Assembly: GCA_963729625.1 (NCBI GenBank)
Contig: CAVSOU010000017.1
Span: 192,001-256,000 of the forward strand
Direction of reading: 5' to 3'
Length of the DNA stretch: 64,000 nucleotides
DNA from: an uncultured bacterium
GTDB lineage: Bacteria; Chloroflexota; UBA5177; JANWHV01
In this document: piece by piece, positions 1-9,597 of the stretch
Layout: every line of letters begins with the position of its first letter
Numbering within the stretch: the first letter of the stretch is position 1
Notes under the pieces: generated by a model
What the model was told of the DNA's origin: nothing
Database searches by the model: none
The model's input: only the letters and a program-made list of their open reading frames with translations
Program-made: the position numbers and the translations under genes

Positions 1-389
1 CTCCGTGCGCATCCGCCGCAAGCGGGACCGGTGTGTCGGCAATGATCAGCGCCACAGGGGCCACTTTTCCGTTCTGGATAACGATGGCGTCGCTAGCCTG
101 GGAACCGCGCGCACGCCAATCGTCCCTGCCCGCAGTATAGCGCATCGCCGCCCTGCTAGCTCCCTGCCTTGCCTTCACGCGTGTGCCTCACGATTGTTGT
201 CGCCGTGGAGCGGATTGGTCGCTGTGCTGCAGGCACGCCGGCCAACCATCAACAACTATGGTGTGCTCCCCGCCTCCACCGTTGCGCTGCGAGGGGGCCG
301 GCACTACCCCTATCGCTTGCAAGCCCCCGGCCGCCTCGCCCCAGGGCCCGGCACCGGCAGGCGGTGCAGTAAGGCGCTGAGGCGGTCTG

Positions 390-416
390 TGAGCAGCGCC
401 GGGAACGCGCTGCTCA
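390..416 (-). terminator. GC-rich hairpin at the 3' end of paralog A
   Basis: Stem TGAGCAGCGC, 7-nt loop, GCGCTGCTCA, overlapping the stop codon. No U-tract. A degenerate copy follows paralog B. Confidence 0.35.
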
Positions 417-1100
417 GCGGTCAATCGTCAGATGGTAGGTGACTTCGCCAGCCATCGAGACAGGAGGGCCATACGAAAAGCGCAGGTCGACCGTATGCCG
501 TCCCGCTAACAGCGGCGCGAGCATGACCAGGATGCCATCGGCCACCGACTTGGTGGTCCCAGGCCCTGGCACGCCCATGAAGTTGTCAGCGGGATAGCTA
601 TAGGTGAAGAGAGGAGTCTCGAAACGGTACCGGGTCAGCAGGTTCGTGAGGTGCACCCCATCCACCGTGACGTCAGCTTCTGTCACTACAGCGTCGCCTT
701 TGGCGGTACTGCGCAGTGCCTCGAAGGTGTCGCCGCCCCCAATCACGGTCGCAGACTCATCGCCGGCCGGAAAGATTAGGAGCGCCTTGCCGGCGGGCAC
801 CGTGCAGGTCCGGATATCGGTGCCGCCCCCGTTCGAGGTGAGGTACCAGACCGGGCCGGACTGGCCTACGGCGCAGTGCGCACCGGTGTGGTCCAACACG
901 GGGTTCTCTGGCGTAGGCGCACCCATCCACCACCGGACATACCGTATGAGCCATTCGCTGTACGAGTGGCCGAAGGGGTGCGACTGGGGCGGGTACACCT
1001 GAGGCTTCGCGCTTCCCGCTCGGACGGCCGATGCCGGTCCCAGGGCGAGCATGGTGAGCAGAACCACCAACAACGCGACCAGCTTCCTTGTGCTTCTCAT
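414..1100 (-). CDS. Secreted protein of unknown function (tandem paralog A)
   Basis: Start reassigned to ATG 1100 (RBS GGAGAAGG). Signal peptide MRSTRKLVALLVVLLTMLALGPASAVRA. Motifs C..GQSGPVWYL and RTCTVPAGKALL. Near-identical to the neighbouring ORF. Confidence 0.8.
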   Translation of the reverse strand: MRSTRKLVALLVVLLTMLALGPASAVRAGSAKPQVYPPQSHPFGHSYSEWLIRYVRWWMGAPTPENPVLDHTGAHCAVGQSGPVWYLTSNGGGTDIRTCTVPAGKALLIFPAGDESATVIGGGDTFEALRSTAKGDAVVTEADVTVDGVHLTNLLTRYRFETPLFTYSYPADNFMGVPGPGTTKSVADGILVMLAPLLAGRHTVDLRFSYGPPVSMAGEVTYHLTIDR

Positions 1101-1228
1101 TTCCTTCTCCCTTTGGTCCGGCCCAAACTCCATCTCCCGGCTGACTCGCCCCAGGGCCCGGCACCGGCGGACGGCGCAGCGAGGCCCTGAGGTGAGGCGG
1201 CCTGTGAGCAGCGCCGGGAACACACTGC

Positions 1229-1921
1229 TCAGCGGCGAATAGTCAGATGGTAGGTGACTTCGCCAGCCATCGGGTTCATGGGAGGGCCGTACGAAAAGCG
1301 GAGGTCGACCGTGTGCCGTCCCGCTGCCAGCGGAGCGAGCATGACCTGGGTGCAATCAGCCACGGCCTTGGTGGTCCCGGGTCCAGGTACGCCCATGAAG
1401 TTGTCGGCGGGGTACGCAAGCGTGAAGAGGGGAGTCTGGAACCGGTAGCGCCTGAGCAGGTTCGTGAGGGGCGCCCCATCCACTGTCACCTCATCTTCTC
1501 TCACCCCATCCATACCGCTCTTGGCGCGGCTGCGCAGTGCCGCGAAGGTGTCGCCGCCCCCTACCACTGTCGCAGCGAAAGCCCCAGCCCCCTCGATCAG
1601 GAGCGCCCTGCCGGGGGGCACCGTGCAGGTGCGGATATCGGTGCCGCCGAGGTTCCCAGTGAGGTACCAGACCGGGCCGGACTGCCCTACAGCGCAGCGC
1701 GCACCGGTGTGGTCCAACGAGGGGGACTCCGGCATAGGTATAGCCACCCCCCACCGAATGCTCCGGATGAGCCATTCGCTGTACGAGTGGCCGTACGGGT
1801 GCGCCTGGGGCGGGAACACGCTCGGCGGTGCGGTTTTCGCCTGGGCGCCTGGCACGGGTCCAAGGGCGAGGACGGCAAGTACGACCACCAGCAATGCGAC
1901 CAGCTTCCTCGAGCTATGCAT
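1229..1921 (-). CDS. Secreted protein of unknown function (tandem paralog B)
   Basis: Start ATG 1921 with RBS GAGAAGG. Signal peptide. Same motifs as paralog A (GHSYSEWL, GQSGPVWYL, YPADNFMGVPGPG). Confidence 0.8.
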   Translation of the reverse strand: MHSSRKLVALLVVVLAVLALGPVPGAQAKTAPPSVFPPQAHPYGHSYSEWLIRSIRWGVAIPMPESPSLDHTGARCAVGQSGPVWYLTGNLGGTDIRTCTVPPGRALLIEGAGAFAATVVGGGDTFAALRSRAKSGMDGVREDEVTVDGAPLTNLLRRYRFQTPLFTLAYPADNFMGVPGPGTTKAVADCTQVMLAPLAAGRHTVDLRFSYGPPMNPMAGEVTYHLTIRR

Positions 1922-2486
1922 ATCCTTCTCGTTCCTGCGCGGCGCCGGGCACAAGCAACCCGGGGCACGACCATGCCATCGTGGCCGGGTTCACCAGTTG
2001 CTCGCTGCAGTCCAGGGGTGACCAGACAGGAGCAGGCGTCGGCAAGAGAGGAGCGGCCTCGCCGCTCGCGGTGCTTGAGGCGTCGGACCCTTTCTCGGGC
2101 TGCAGGTCAGCGCATCCACTACGAGCCGATTATGGGCCCGCAAGTGCGCCCTGTCCATGAACAGCGTATGCACAGTAGCGTGCACAGTAGAACGCACAGT
2201 TGCCGGGGCGACCACGATAGGCTCCAGGCAGCGCTGTTCTTGCGCGCCCCCCAACGCACGAGCGTGACCTACGGCTACACCGCTACGGTTCCGCCTGGTG
2301 TCCACGTCGAGGCTTGTGCGGCTGTGAGAGAATGCGGAACTGCAACGATGATTCGCCGTTGTGTCGTGGCACAGCCGGAGGCAACGTAGCAGCGAAAGGT
2401 CCACAGATCCGAGCAGGGATCGACACCGGCGACCAAGCCCGCCCTGCTACACTGACCCACAAGAAGAGGCCCAAGAGGCACAGGCC

Positions 2487-2777
2487 ATGAGGCCGTCACA
2501 AGCCCTCGCCGCACACCGCATCGAGATTCGGCGCGTGGTCGAGGCACACAGAGCACGCAATCCCAGGGTGTTCGGCTCGGTCTCGCGAGTCGCGGACACC
2601 GAGTCCAGCGACCTCGACCTGCTCATCGACACCCTACCGGAGACATCGCTGCTGGATATCGGCGCCATGCTCGACGAGCTGGAGACTTTGCTGGGCGTGC
2701 GCGTCGACATCCTGACTTCTTCCGAGCTGCCCCCTGCGTTGCAGCGCAATCTCCTGACGCAAGCCATCCCGGTGTAA
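2487..2777 (+). CDS. Minimal nucleotidyltransferase (MntA-type antitoxin)
   Basis: 96 aa. VFGSVSR...SDLDLLID motif and C-terminal LGVRVDILT typical of MNT proteins. Confidence 0.88.
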   Translation: MRPSQALAAHRIEIRRVVEAHRARNPRVFGSVSRVADTESSDLDLLIDTLPETSLLDIGAMLDELETLLGVRVDILTSSELPPALQRNLLTQAIPV

Positions 2778-2779
2778 CC

Positions 2780-2983
2780 ATGGACCAGGCACGCCTACCC
2801 GACTATATCGACCACATGCTGGATTCCGTGAGGCGAATCCAAGCCTACACGGCTAACATGGACGAACGACGCCGGCCCAGGGCAGGTGGCAGGACGGGAG
2901 CGGCACGCCGTCCCAGGCCGCAAGGGTGGCTAAGGTGGCATCACGCTGAACGAGGAGATGCTCGTCGCCCACAGGCTGTCTAG
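2780..2983 (+). pseudogene. Truncated HepT/DUF86 (HEPN) toxin remnant
   Basis: The first ~29 aa (RLPDYIDHMLDSVRRIQAYTANMD) resemble DUF86 N-termini and start 2 bp after the MNT gene. The rest is Arg/Gly-rich with no RxxxxH motif. Confidence 0.65.
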
Positions 2984-3004
2984 CGCGGGTTCGCCATGCC
3001 GTGG

Positions 3005-4915
3005 CTAGGGCTTCATCGTGTCACGGCCGACGTCCGCGGAACCGTCGAGGCTTCCGGAGCGGCACAGCGCACAGTTGCTCGGAGAACTGCCGTCGAGTGG
3101 GCAGGGTCCAGGTGCCAACACGCACATGGCGTCGCCCGTGGCAATCCCGCGCTGCGCCCAGTAGTCTTCCAGCACGCCGACGTTCGTGGCGTCAATCCAG
3201 GTGTAGGGAACGTCAAGTGCGCGCACAGGCGGTCCCTCAGGCATATGCAGCAGGCTCCGCTCCGGCAGATCGGCGACAGACGCGGTCCCATTGAGGACCC
3301 GCAGCACCTCTTGCAGCGCCCTCGCCGCCATGCCAGCCGAATCCTGCAATACCGTCCCCGCCATCGCTCCAGATCTGATCAGATCGGCGGCATGATAATC
3401 CCCGTCACCGCCGATCAGCAGTACACGCTGCGTCAGCCCCTCCGTTGCCAGCAGATCGGCAACCCCGAATGCCATGTCGTCGTTCGCCGTGATCACGGCA
3501 TTGACGCGACCGGGACCATAAGCACTGAGAGCGTCCTGCACGACGCTCTTCGCTTCCTCAGGATGCCATTCTTCACACGGTACGCTGGCCAACAGCGTCA
3601 GGCCGGGATACTTTGCGAGGGTGTCGCGCACTCCTTGTCCAATACTGCGTGCGTTGTCATCATACGATCCACCTTCGGCAACGAAGACCCCGCCCTTGCC
3701 ATTGAGAAGGCGCGCCACCGCGTGCGCCTGCATGCTGCCGCGTACATAGGTATCACTCCCGGCAAAGAAATCGAACTCGCGCGTACGCGCCGGCCGGTGG
3801 AAGCAAACGACCAGCCTCTTGCGTGCGCGTGCCTCGACGAAGAGCGGCGCCGCTTCAACCGCGTTGGTAGGATGGATAATCAGCGCGTCCAATGGCTCTT
3901 CGAGATGCCGGCGCACGTCTATGGCCTGCTTGTGCTTGCCTGACGCATCGGTCCACAGGATCTGACCGCCGGCACGGGCCATGGCCGCGGTCGCTGCGCG
4001 GCGCATCTCGACATACACCAGGTTGTCGGTAAAGGATAGGCTCCAGCCTATCAGCGGGCGCTTCCTTGTAGCAGACGCATTCACGGCGGGAGGGGCTGCA
4101 ACCTGACGAAGCAATGTGACAAGCTTCCACAAGGCGTCTCCCTGCAGCTGGGCTCTCGGTACTGTAATGCTGAGCGCGGTCGAAGGTCGCCCGGGCTGTT
4201 CTGGCAGCGCCACCGCAACGCACTCGAGGCCGCGTTCCATCCGGCCGTCATCACATGCGTAGCCCGTCCAGCGTACCTCCTCCAGGTCGCGCGCCAGCAC
4301 GTCGAATGACGGGTGCAAGTGCAGTATCCCCGGCATTGACTCAGGCCACTCGAAGCCACTGTAGAGGGAGGCAAGGTCACCGACAGGCAGCATGGCGAGA
4401 AGCGCTTTCCCTTCGGCCGTCAGGTGCGCTGGAAGTCGCTGGCCAACCCGGGAACGCGCACTGAGTTGGTTGCGCGAGGTTGTGCCGTCCACATACTCAA
4501 CATCCCGACCGGAGAGAACGGCGATGTGCACCGTCTCGCCTGAGCGCTCCGCGACCAGGTGCATGGCACGCCGGGCATTGACAAATGGCTCATTCGGATC
4601 AAGGTAGGCCCGACTGACTTCGGGCAGCCGCGGACCAAGGCAATAGCGCCGCCGGTCGCTCCCGCGCACGAGGTACCGCCGAGTTTCGAGCACTCGCAGG
4701 AGAGGATGCAGGCTGCTGATCGGCGCCGCCAACTCGGCCGCAACCCCACTCAGCGTCAGGCCCGCCGGCTTTCGAGCCAAGAGCTCAAGAATATCAAGCA
4801 CGCGTGTGGCGGTCCGACCCGTCTGCGGCGCCGAGCCGGCTGCACCAGACCGCACTGCCGTCCCCTCGACCCGCGGCGCCTGCGAGCGCGGCTGTCGATC
4901 AGTCTGTTGGCTCAA
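3005..4915 (-). CDS. IclR-family regulator fused to a C-terminal RbsB-like sugar-binding domain
   Basis: HTH (RVLDILELLA...LHPLLRVLETRRYL) and IclR effector domain (SGETVHIAV, LPAHLTAEGKALLA, GYACDDG), followed by a type I binding-protein fold (LDALIIHP, VITANDDMAFG, IGGDGD, GTVLQD). Confidence 0.85.
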   Translation of the reverse strand: MSQQTDRQPRSQAPRVEGTAVRSGAAGSAPQTGRTATRVLDILELLARKPAGLTLSGVAAELAAPISSLHPLLRVLETRRYLVRGSDRRRYCLGPRLPEVSRAYLDPNEPFVNARRAMHLVAERSGETVHIAVLSGRDVEYVDGTTSRNQLSARSRVGQRLPAHLTAEGKALLAMLPVGDLASLYSGFEWPESMPGILHLHPSFDVLARDLEEVRWTGYACDDGRMERGLECVAVALPEQPGRPSTALSITVPRAQLQGDALWKLVTLLRQVAAPPAVNASATRKRPLIGWSLSFTDNLVYVEMRRAATAAMARAGGQILWTDASGKHKQAIDVRRHLEEPLDALIIHPTNAVEAAPLFVEARARKRLVVCFHRPARTREFDFFAGSDTYVRGSMQAHAVARLLNGKGGVFVAEGGSYDDNARSIGQGVRDTLAKYPGLTLLASVPCEEWHPEEAKSVVQDALSAYGPGRVNAVITANDDMAFGVADLLATEGLTQRVLLIGGDGDYHAADLIRSGAMAGTVLQDSAGMAARALQEVLRVLNGTASVADLPERSLLHMPEGPPVRALDVPYTWIDATNVGVLEDYWAQRGIATGDAMCVLAPGPCPLDGSSPSNCALCRSGSLDGSADVGRDTMKP

Positions 4916-5050
4916 CTCGTCTCCCTGCCTGCACCGAATTGTCTGGCCCTTCTCGAGCGACGACGTATCTCACGAGTTGTCGAGGCGCCGGACCATCCCT
5001 AGTTCATTCTACGAGAATCCTCCGGCAGTTGAAGCTTCAAATGCACCCCC

Positions 5051-5079
5051 TTGACAACGGCTCCGCTCGCGCGTAGTAT
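5051..5079 (+). promoter_or_regulatory. Sigma70-type promoter for the GH172/ABC operon
   Basis: TTGACA (5051-5056), 17-bp spacer, TAGTAT (5074-5079). Confidence 0.75.
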
Positions 5080-5104
5080 AGCACAAGTTGCGTATATAGG
5101 TATG

Positions 5105-5122
5105 ATTTCGTATATACGAAAT
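5105..5122. promoter_or_regulatory. Perfect 18-bp palindrome, probable operator for the IclR fusion protein
   Basis: ATTTCGTATATACGAAAT, AT-rich in a GC-rich context, just downstream of the promoter and next to the divergent IclR gene. Confidence 0.7.
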
Positions 5123-5196
5123 ATAGGGTGAACGGCTTCAGATATGTGTCACGGGTGCGTACATCCGGCACCGCGTGCGAGAGGAGAAGACGGGCG

Positions 5197-6297
5197 ATGT
5201 ATAGTCACGGCGGCGCGCTGGGACTCGGCCATCTCTGGCGCCTATCATCGGCAAGAACTCGCTCGATATCGCCTGAGAACCCGACCGGCGAGAAAGGTGC
5301 CGGTGCGATGGCCGAACCTGATCCAAGCGGTCCCGCACGCGAGCTGGGACGTGGCTGGAAGTGCCGGCCGTACGTGACGATCGAGCCCGGTGAGGAACAG
5401 ACGCTGGCGAAGATCGACGGTCCTGGTGCCATCACGAGCATGTGGTTTGGCGGTGCGGTCGATCGCGACGCGATTCTTCGGCTGTACTGGGACGGCCAGC
5501 GTCAGCCGTCAGTCGAATGCCCGATCACCGATTTCTTCGCGGTCCCGTGGGGCGTGCAAAATGCCCAGACTCCCACGGCTGGCCCGCTGATCCTTGTGAA
5601 TTCCCTACCGGTGGCCGTGAATCCCAACCGTGGCCTCAACTGCTTCTGGGAGATGCCGTTCGGTCGTTCCTGCCGCCTAACCCTGCAGAACCTGCATCCT
5701 GGCCAGGTGAAGCCCTGCTTCTACCAGGTCAACTATGTACTGACCGATCTCCCCGACGAGATCGCCTACTTCCACGCGCAGTTCCGCCGGGTCAATCCAC
5801 TCGCGTATGGGGAGGCATACACCATCGTCGATGGCATCCGCGGTCAGGGCCAGTACGTAGGCACGTCCATGGGCTGGGGCATCAACAACAGCGGGTGGTG
5901 GGGAGAGGGCGAGATCAAGTTCTATCTCGATGGGGATTGCGAGTACCCGACCATCTGCGGCACCGGCACCGAAGACTACTTCGGCGGCTCCTATAACTGG
6001 GAGGTCGACGGCCAGTACGTCACCTACTCGGCACCCTTCCTCGGCATGCATCACGTAGCGCGTCCGGACGGCACCTATCGCTCGCAGCAGCGGCACGCCA
6101 TGTATCGCTGGCACATCGTGGACCCCATTCACTTCGAGCGCGACGCGCGCGTGACGATCCAGGCGCTCGGCTGGCGCAGTGAAGGGCGCTACCTGCCAGG
6201 CCAGCACGATATCTGCTCCGTGGGGTACTGGTACCAGACGCTGCCCACGGCCTCATTCCCCAGCTTTCCGGATCGCAATGCCCTCGAGATCGTGTAG
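5197..6297 (+). CDS. Glycoside hydrolase family 172 (DUF2961)
   Basis: TRSISPENPTGEKG, YWDG...PSVECP, WWGEGEIKFYLDGD, PTICGTGTEDYFGG and YRWHIVDPI motifs. RBS GAGGAG before ATG 5197. Confidence 0.9.
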   Translation: MYSHGGALGLGHLWRLSSARTRSISPENPTGEKGAGAMAEPDPSGPARELGRGWKCRPYVTIEPGEEQTLAKIDGPGAITSMWFGGAVDRDAILRLYWDGQRQPSVECPITDFFAVPWGVQNAQTPTAGPLILVNSLPVAVNPNRGLNCFWEMPFGRSCRLTLQNLHPGQVKPCFYQVNYVLTDLPDEIAYFHAQFRRVNPLAYGEAYTIVDGIRGQGQYVGTSMGWGINNSGWWGEGEIKFYLDGDCEYPTICGTGTEDYFGGSYNWEVDGQYVTYSAPFLGMHHVARPDGTYRSQQRHAMYRWHIVDPIHFERDARVTIQALGWRSEGRYLPGQHDICSVGYWYQTLPTASFPSFPDRNALEIV

Positions 6298-6460
6298 GCA
6301 TGCCTCGCATGGCAACATGCGCAAGGCGAGAGAAAGGGGGTCCTTACCGAGCACACACAGTATACGACCACGAGGGATTGTGAGACATCACTCGCTTCCC
6401 GGTTGACAGGCACTCTACCGACTGCTCTTTGAGTTCGATCACTTCGCTTCGAGGAGGTCT

Positions 6461-8401
6461 TTGATGACAGCAAGGCTGTCCCGACACTCCAACCGATGGC
6501 CCAGGGCGGCTGCAACCATTCTGGTGGCAGGTATCACGGTACTTGCCGGATTGCCGTCCCACACGGCGACGGCCCGCGTCGCCGCCGATTCCGGCACCAC
6601 CTTCCTCGGCACGCCGAGAAGCCAGACCCTGATCGTCGATAATATCGACGGTCGTATCGCGACGCCCGGCAACTTCAATCCGTATGCCCCCGGCGTGCAG
6701 GTCGGCGGCGACGGCGTGCACGCGCTCAACTGGTCACCACTGTGGGAAATCGACACGGTCAAGGGTACCCAGTTCCCGGATCTCGCTTCCCAGCCCATTC
6801 AGCCGTTGGACAAGAACTGGACGCGATTCAAGATCACGCTCCGGCAGGGACTCACCTGGACTGACGGTGTAGCATTCAACGCAAACGATGTGCTCTTCAC
6901 CCTCAACATGCTCCTGTCCCATACGACATTGCCCGAAGGCGCCTATCTCAAGACGCTCATCAAAGCTGTCAAGCCGATCGACGACTACTCGATCGAGGTC
7001 GACACTTTCACCCGGCAGGCTCATATCCAGCGCATTCTGGGCTCCTACATCTGGGACTCCGGGTTCCGCGTAATTCCCGAGCACATTTGGAAGAACGTGA
7101 ATCCGCTGACCTACACGAATAACCCGCCGATCGGTCTCGGGCCCTACAAGCTTGTCAAGTTCGATCCCAATGGCTACTGGTTCCTATGGCAGCTGCGCGA
7201 CGACTGGCAGCATTCGGACGTGGGCCAAATTGAAGGCAAGCCGGGACCCAAGTACTTGCTGGTCCAATTCTATGGCACGGAGCAGCAGCGTGTGATTGCG
7301 GCCATTCAGCACAAGCTCGATGTCTTGATGCCCGTCTCCCCCAACGGCTGGGGAGTCATGAAGTCCCGCGACTCCTACGCTTTGGCGTGGTACAAAGACT
7401 TCCCCTACGCCGATGAGAACGATCCCGCGAATCGCTCGATCACCTTCAACGATCAGACCTATCCCTATAACATGTGGCAAGTGCGCTGGGCACTGGCGCT
7501 CTCGATCAACCTGCCGCAGGTGACCCTGTCATACGGCGGCATGCTCCGCGCATCGATCCTGCCGTTCCCGGCGACCGACCTCGCCGAACAGACCGTCTAC
7601 AAATCGATAGAGCCGTGGCTGGCGCAGTTCGCTTTGCCTGACGGCTTCAGGCCCTACGATCCCAACTACGCGTCTGAAGTCGTCTCGTTGCTCAAGCAGC
7701 GCGGATTCTCTGGGCTGCCGACGGATCCCGCGGAGATTACCCATCTGTTTGGCCCGGGCTGGTTCAAGTATGATCCGCAGGAAGCATCCAAGCTGCTGAA
7801 GAGCGTGGGCTTCAAGTTCTCAGCCGGTACGTGGATCATGCCAAACGGCAACCCCTGGAGCATCATCGTGAACGGCCCCGCAAACTTCGAGCCTGAATCA
7901 GGAAATCTCGCGTTCGCTGTCGCCAACCAGTGGAAGCAGTTCGGCATCGACGCAAGCGGTCAGGGCATGGACTCGACGAGCTTCTGGACCGCCTGGTCGC
8001 AGGGCACCTATCAGGCCGGCGCCTACTGGCCGGTCAACTTCCTGACGCCGGACTCCTCAGATCAGCTGACGCAGTTTGACGCGAAGTACCTCACAGCCAC
8101 CGGCAAGCCTGCCACGAGCAACGCCATCCGGTGGAACAATGCAGCGGCCTCTAAGATCGTCGAACAGATGCAGACGAATCCGCCTGAGGATCCACAGACC
8201 CTGAAGTTGGAGCAGCAGTTCCTGCAGATCTTCTTCAAGGAGATGCCGTTCATCCCAGGGTTCTGCTCGACGCAGCTGGTACCGGTGGACTCGTACTACT
8301 GGACGAACTTCCCGACCTCGACCAACCAATACGATGGGCCATGGTGGTGGTGGTCGAACTTCAAGTTCATCCTTCCCAACATCAAGCCGACGGGGAAATA
8401 G
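6461..8401 (+). CDS. ABC transporter substrate-binding protein, family 5 (probably oligosaccharide-binding)
   Basis: Signal peptide. LRQGLTWTDGVAFNANDVLFT family-5 signature. Trp-rich. RBS GAGGAGG. Confidence 0.88.
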   Translation: MMTARLSRHSNRWPRAAATILVAGITVLAGLPSHTATARVAADSGTTFLGTPRSQTLIVDNIDGRIATPGNFNPYAPGVQVGGDGVHALNWSPLWEIDTVKGTQFPDLASQPIQPLDKNWTRFKITLRQGLTWTDGVAFNANDVLFTLNMLLSHTTLPEGAYLKTLIKAVKPIDDYSIEVDTFTRQAHIQRILGSYIWDSGFRVIPEHIWKNVNPLTYTNNPPIGLGPYKLVKFDPNGYWFLWQLRDDWQHSDVGQIEGKPGPKYLLVQFYGTEQQRVIAAIQHKLDVLMPVSPNGWGVMKSRDSYALAWYKDFPYADENDPANRSITFNDQTYPYNMWQVRWALALSINLPQVTLSYGGMLRASILPFPATDLAEQTVYKSIEPWLAQFALPDGFRPYDPNYASEVVSLLKQRGFSGLPTDPAEITHLFGPGWFKYDPQEASKLLKSVGFKFSAGTWIMPNGNPWSIIVNGPANFEPESGNLAFAVANQWKQFGIDASGQGMDSTSFWTAWSQGTYQAGAYWPVNFLTPDSSDQLTQFDAKYLTATGKPATSNAIRWNNAAASKIVEQMQTNPPEDPQTLKLEQQFLQIFFKEMPFIPGFCSTQLVPVDSYYWTNFPTSTNQYDGPWWWWSNFKFILPNIKPTGK

Positions 8402-8562
8402 CCGACACGAGCGCCTGTCTTGCATGGATCGCCGTGCGGTGACGAGATCCGCGCATGATAGGCGCAGCCTGGCTTCGGCAGTGCTTTCGGCACTGCCGAA
8501 GCCAGGGTTCGCAGGAACAGTGAGCACGCAGCTGGAGCTCGCACGGCAGAAGGAAGGCGACA

Positions 8563-9561
8563 GTGCGTTTCGTTGGTTTTCTCATTGCACGGACGCTCAC
8601 GTTTGTCGTGGTGATCTGGATCGGTGTGACGACGGTCTTCTTCATCCCCCGGATGCTCCCGAGCAACCCCGTGGACGCTATGATGGGGCGCATCACCTCT
8701 CAGGGCGCCTTCATGACACCGGAAGCGATGCAGGCAATTCGTTCGTCGCTCACCGACCTCTTCGGCCTCAAGGGCTCGACCTGGGACCAGTACCTGCACT
8801 TTCTGGGCCGCGTCTTCTTCACGCACGATTTTGGTCCCTCGCTCGCCAACTATCCGACGCCGGTCAGTACCTTGATCGCCAGTGCGCTGCCGTGGACCCT
8901 CGGCCTCTTGCTCACCTCGACGCTCCTGGCGTGGGTCGTCGGAAACCTGATCGGCCTGCTCGCCGGCTATCGCAGCACCAAGCTCTCGTCCCGCATCCTC
9001 GAGGCTGTCTCCATGTTCCTGTACCCGATTCCCTACTACATCCTGGCCCTCATTCTGATGATTCTCCTGACGTATGTGTTCCCCGTGTTCCCCATCTCCA
9101 ACGACATGACCGGCAGCGGGCTGACCTGGGAGCATGTATCCAGCATCCTCTATAACTCGCTGCTGCCGGCCCTGTCGATCGTCATCGTCGGCATCGGCTG
9201 GTGGGTGATCAGCATGAAGGCGCTTGCCTCCGACATCGCCGAAGAAGACTTCGTGCAGTTCGCACGCTTGAAGGGCCTGCGGGATCGGCGGATCATGGCG
9301 CGCTACGTGCTGCCCAACGCCATTCTGCCGCAGATCACGGTCCTGGCCCTGCAGCTCGGCAGTGTGTTCAGCGGCGCACTGATTACCGAGGTGCTGTTCA
9401 GCTATCCCGGGATCGGGACGCTGATGTTCAACGCCATCCTGCAATCCGACTACAACCTGATGATGGCCACGATCGCGCTTTCAGTGGAGGCAGTTGCGTT
9501 TGCCGCTCTTGTGGTCGACCTGCTGTACCCCTTCCTGGACCCGAGGATCCGGCTACGGTGA
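8563..9561 (+). CDS. ABC permease (DppB/OppB-like)
   Basis: FFIPRMLPSNP, EDFVQFARLKGL and EVLFSYPGIG motifs. Multiple TM segments. Confidence 0.9.
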   Translation: MRFVGFLIARTLTFVVVIWIGVTTVFFIPRMLPSNPVDAMMGRITSQGAFMTPEAMQAIRSSLTDLFGLKGSTWDQYLHFLGRVFFTHDFGPSLANYPTPVSTLIASALPWTLGLLLTSTLLAWVVGNLIGLLAGYRSTKLSSRILEAVSMFLYPIPYYILALILMILLTYVFPVFPISNDMTGSGLTWEHVSSILYNSLLPALSIVIVGIGWWVISMKALASDIAEEDFVQFARLKGLRDRRIMARYVLPNAILPQITVLALQLGSVFSGALITEVLFSYPGIGTLMFNAILQSDYNLMMATIALSVEAVAFAALVVDLLYPFLDPRIRLR

Positions 9562-9597
9562 TGTGCGCTCAACGAGTTGATCCGGAAGGCCCGTGCT

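Larger units (their letters stand above)
336..1930. repeat. Tandem duplication, unit about 0.8 kb (about 336-1110 and 1147-1930), including the downstream non-coding hairpin
   Basis: The downstream non-coding segment cgccccagggcccggcaccggc...tgtgagcagcgccgggaac...ctgctcagcgg occurs at about 338-420 and 1148-1235, and the coding regions align end to end. Confidence 0.85.
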
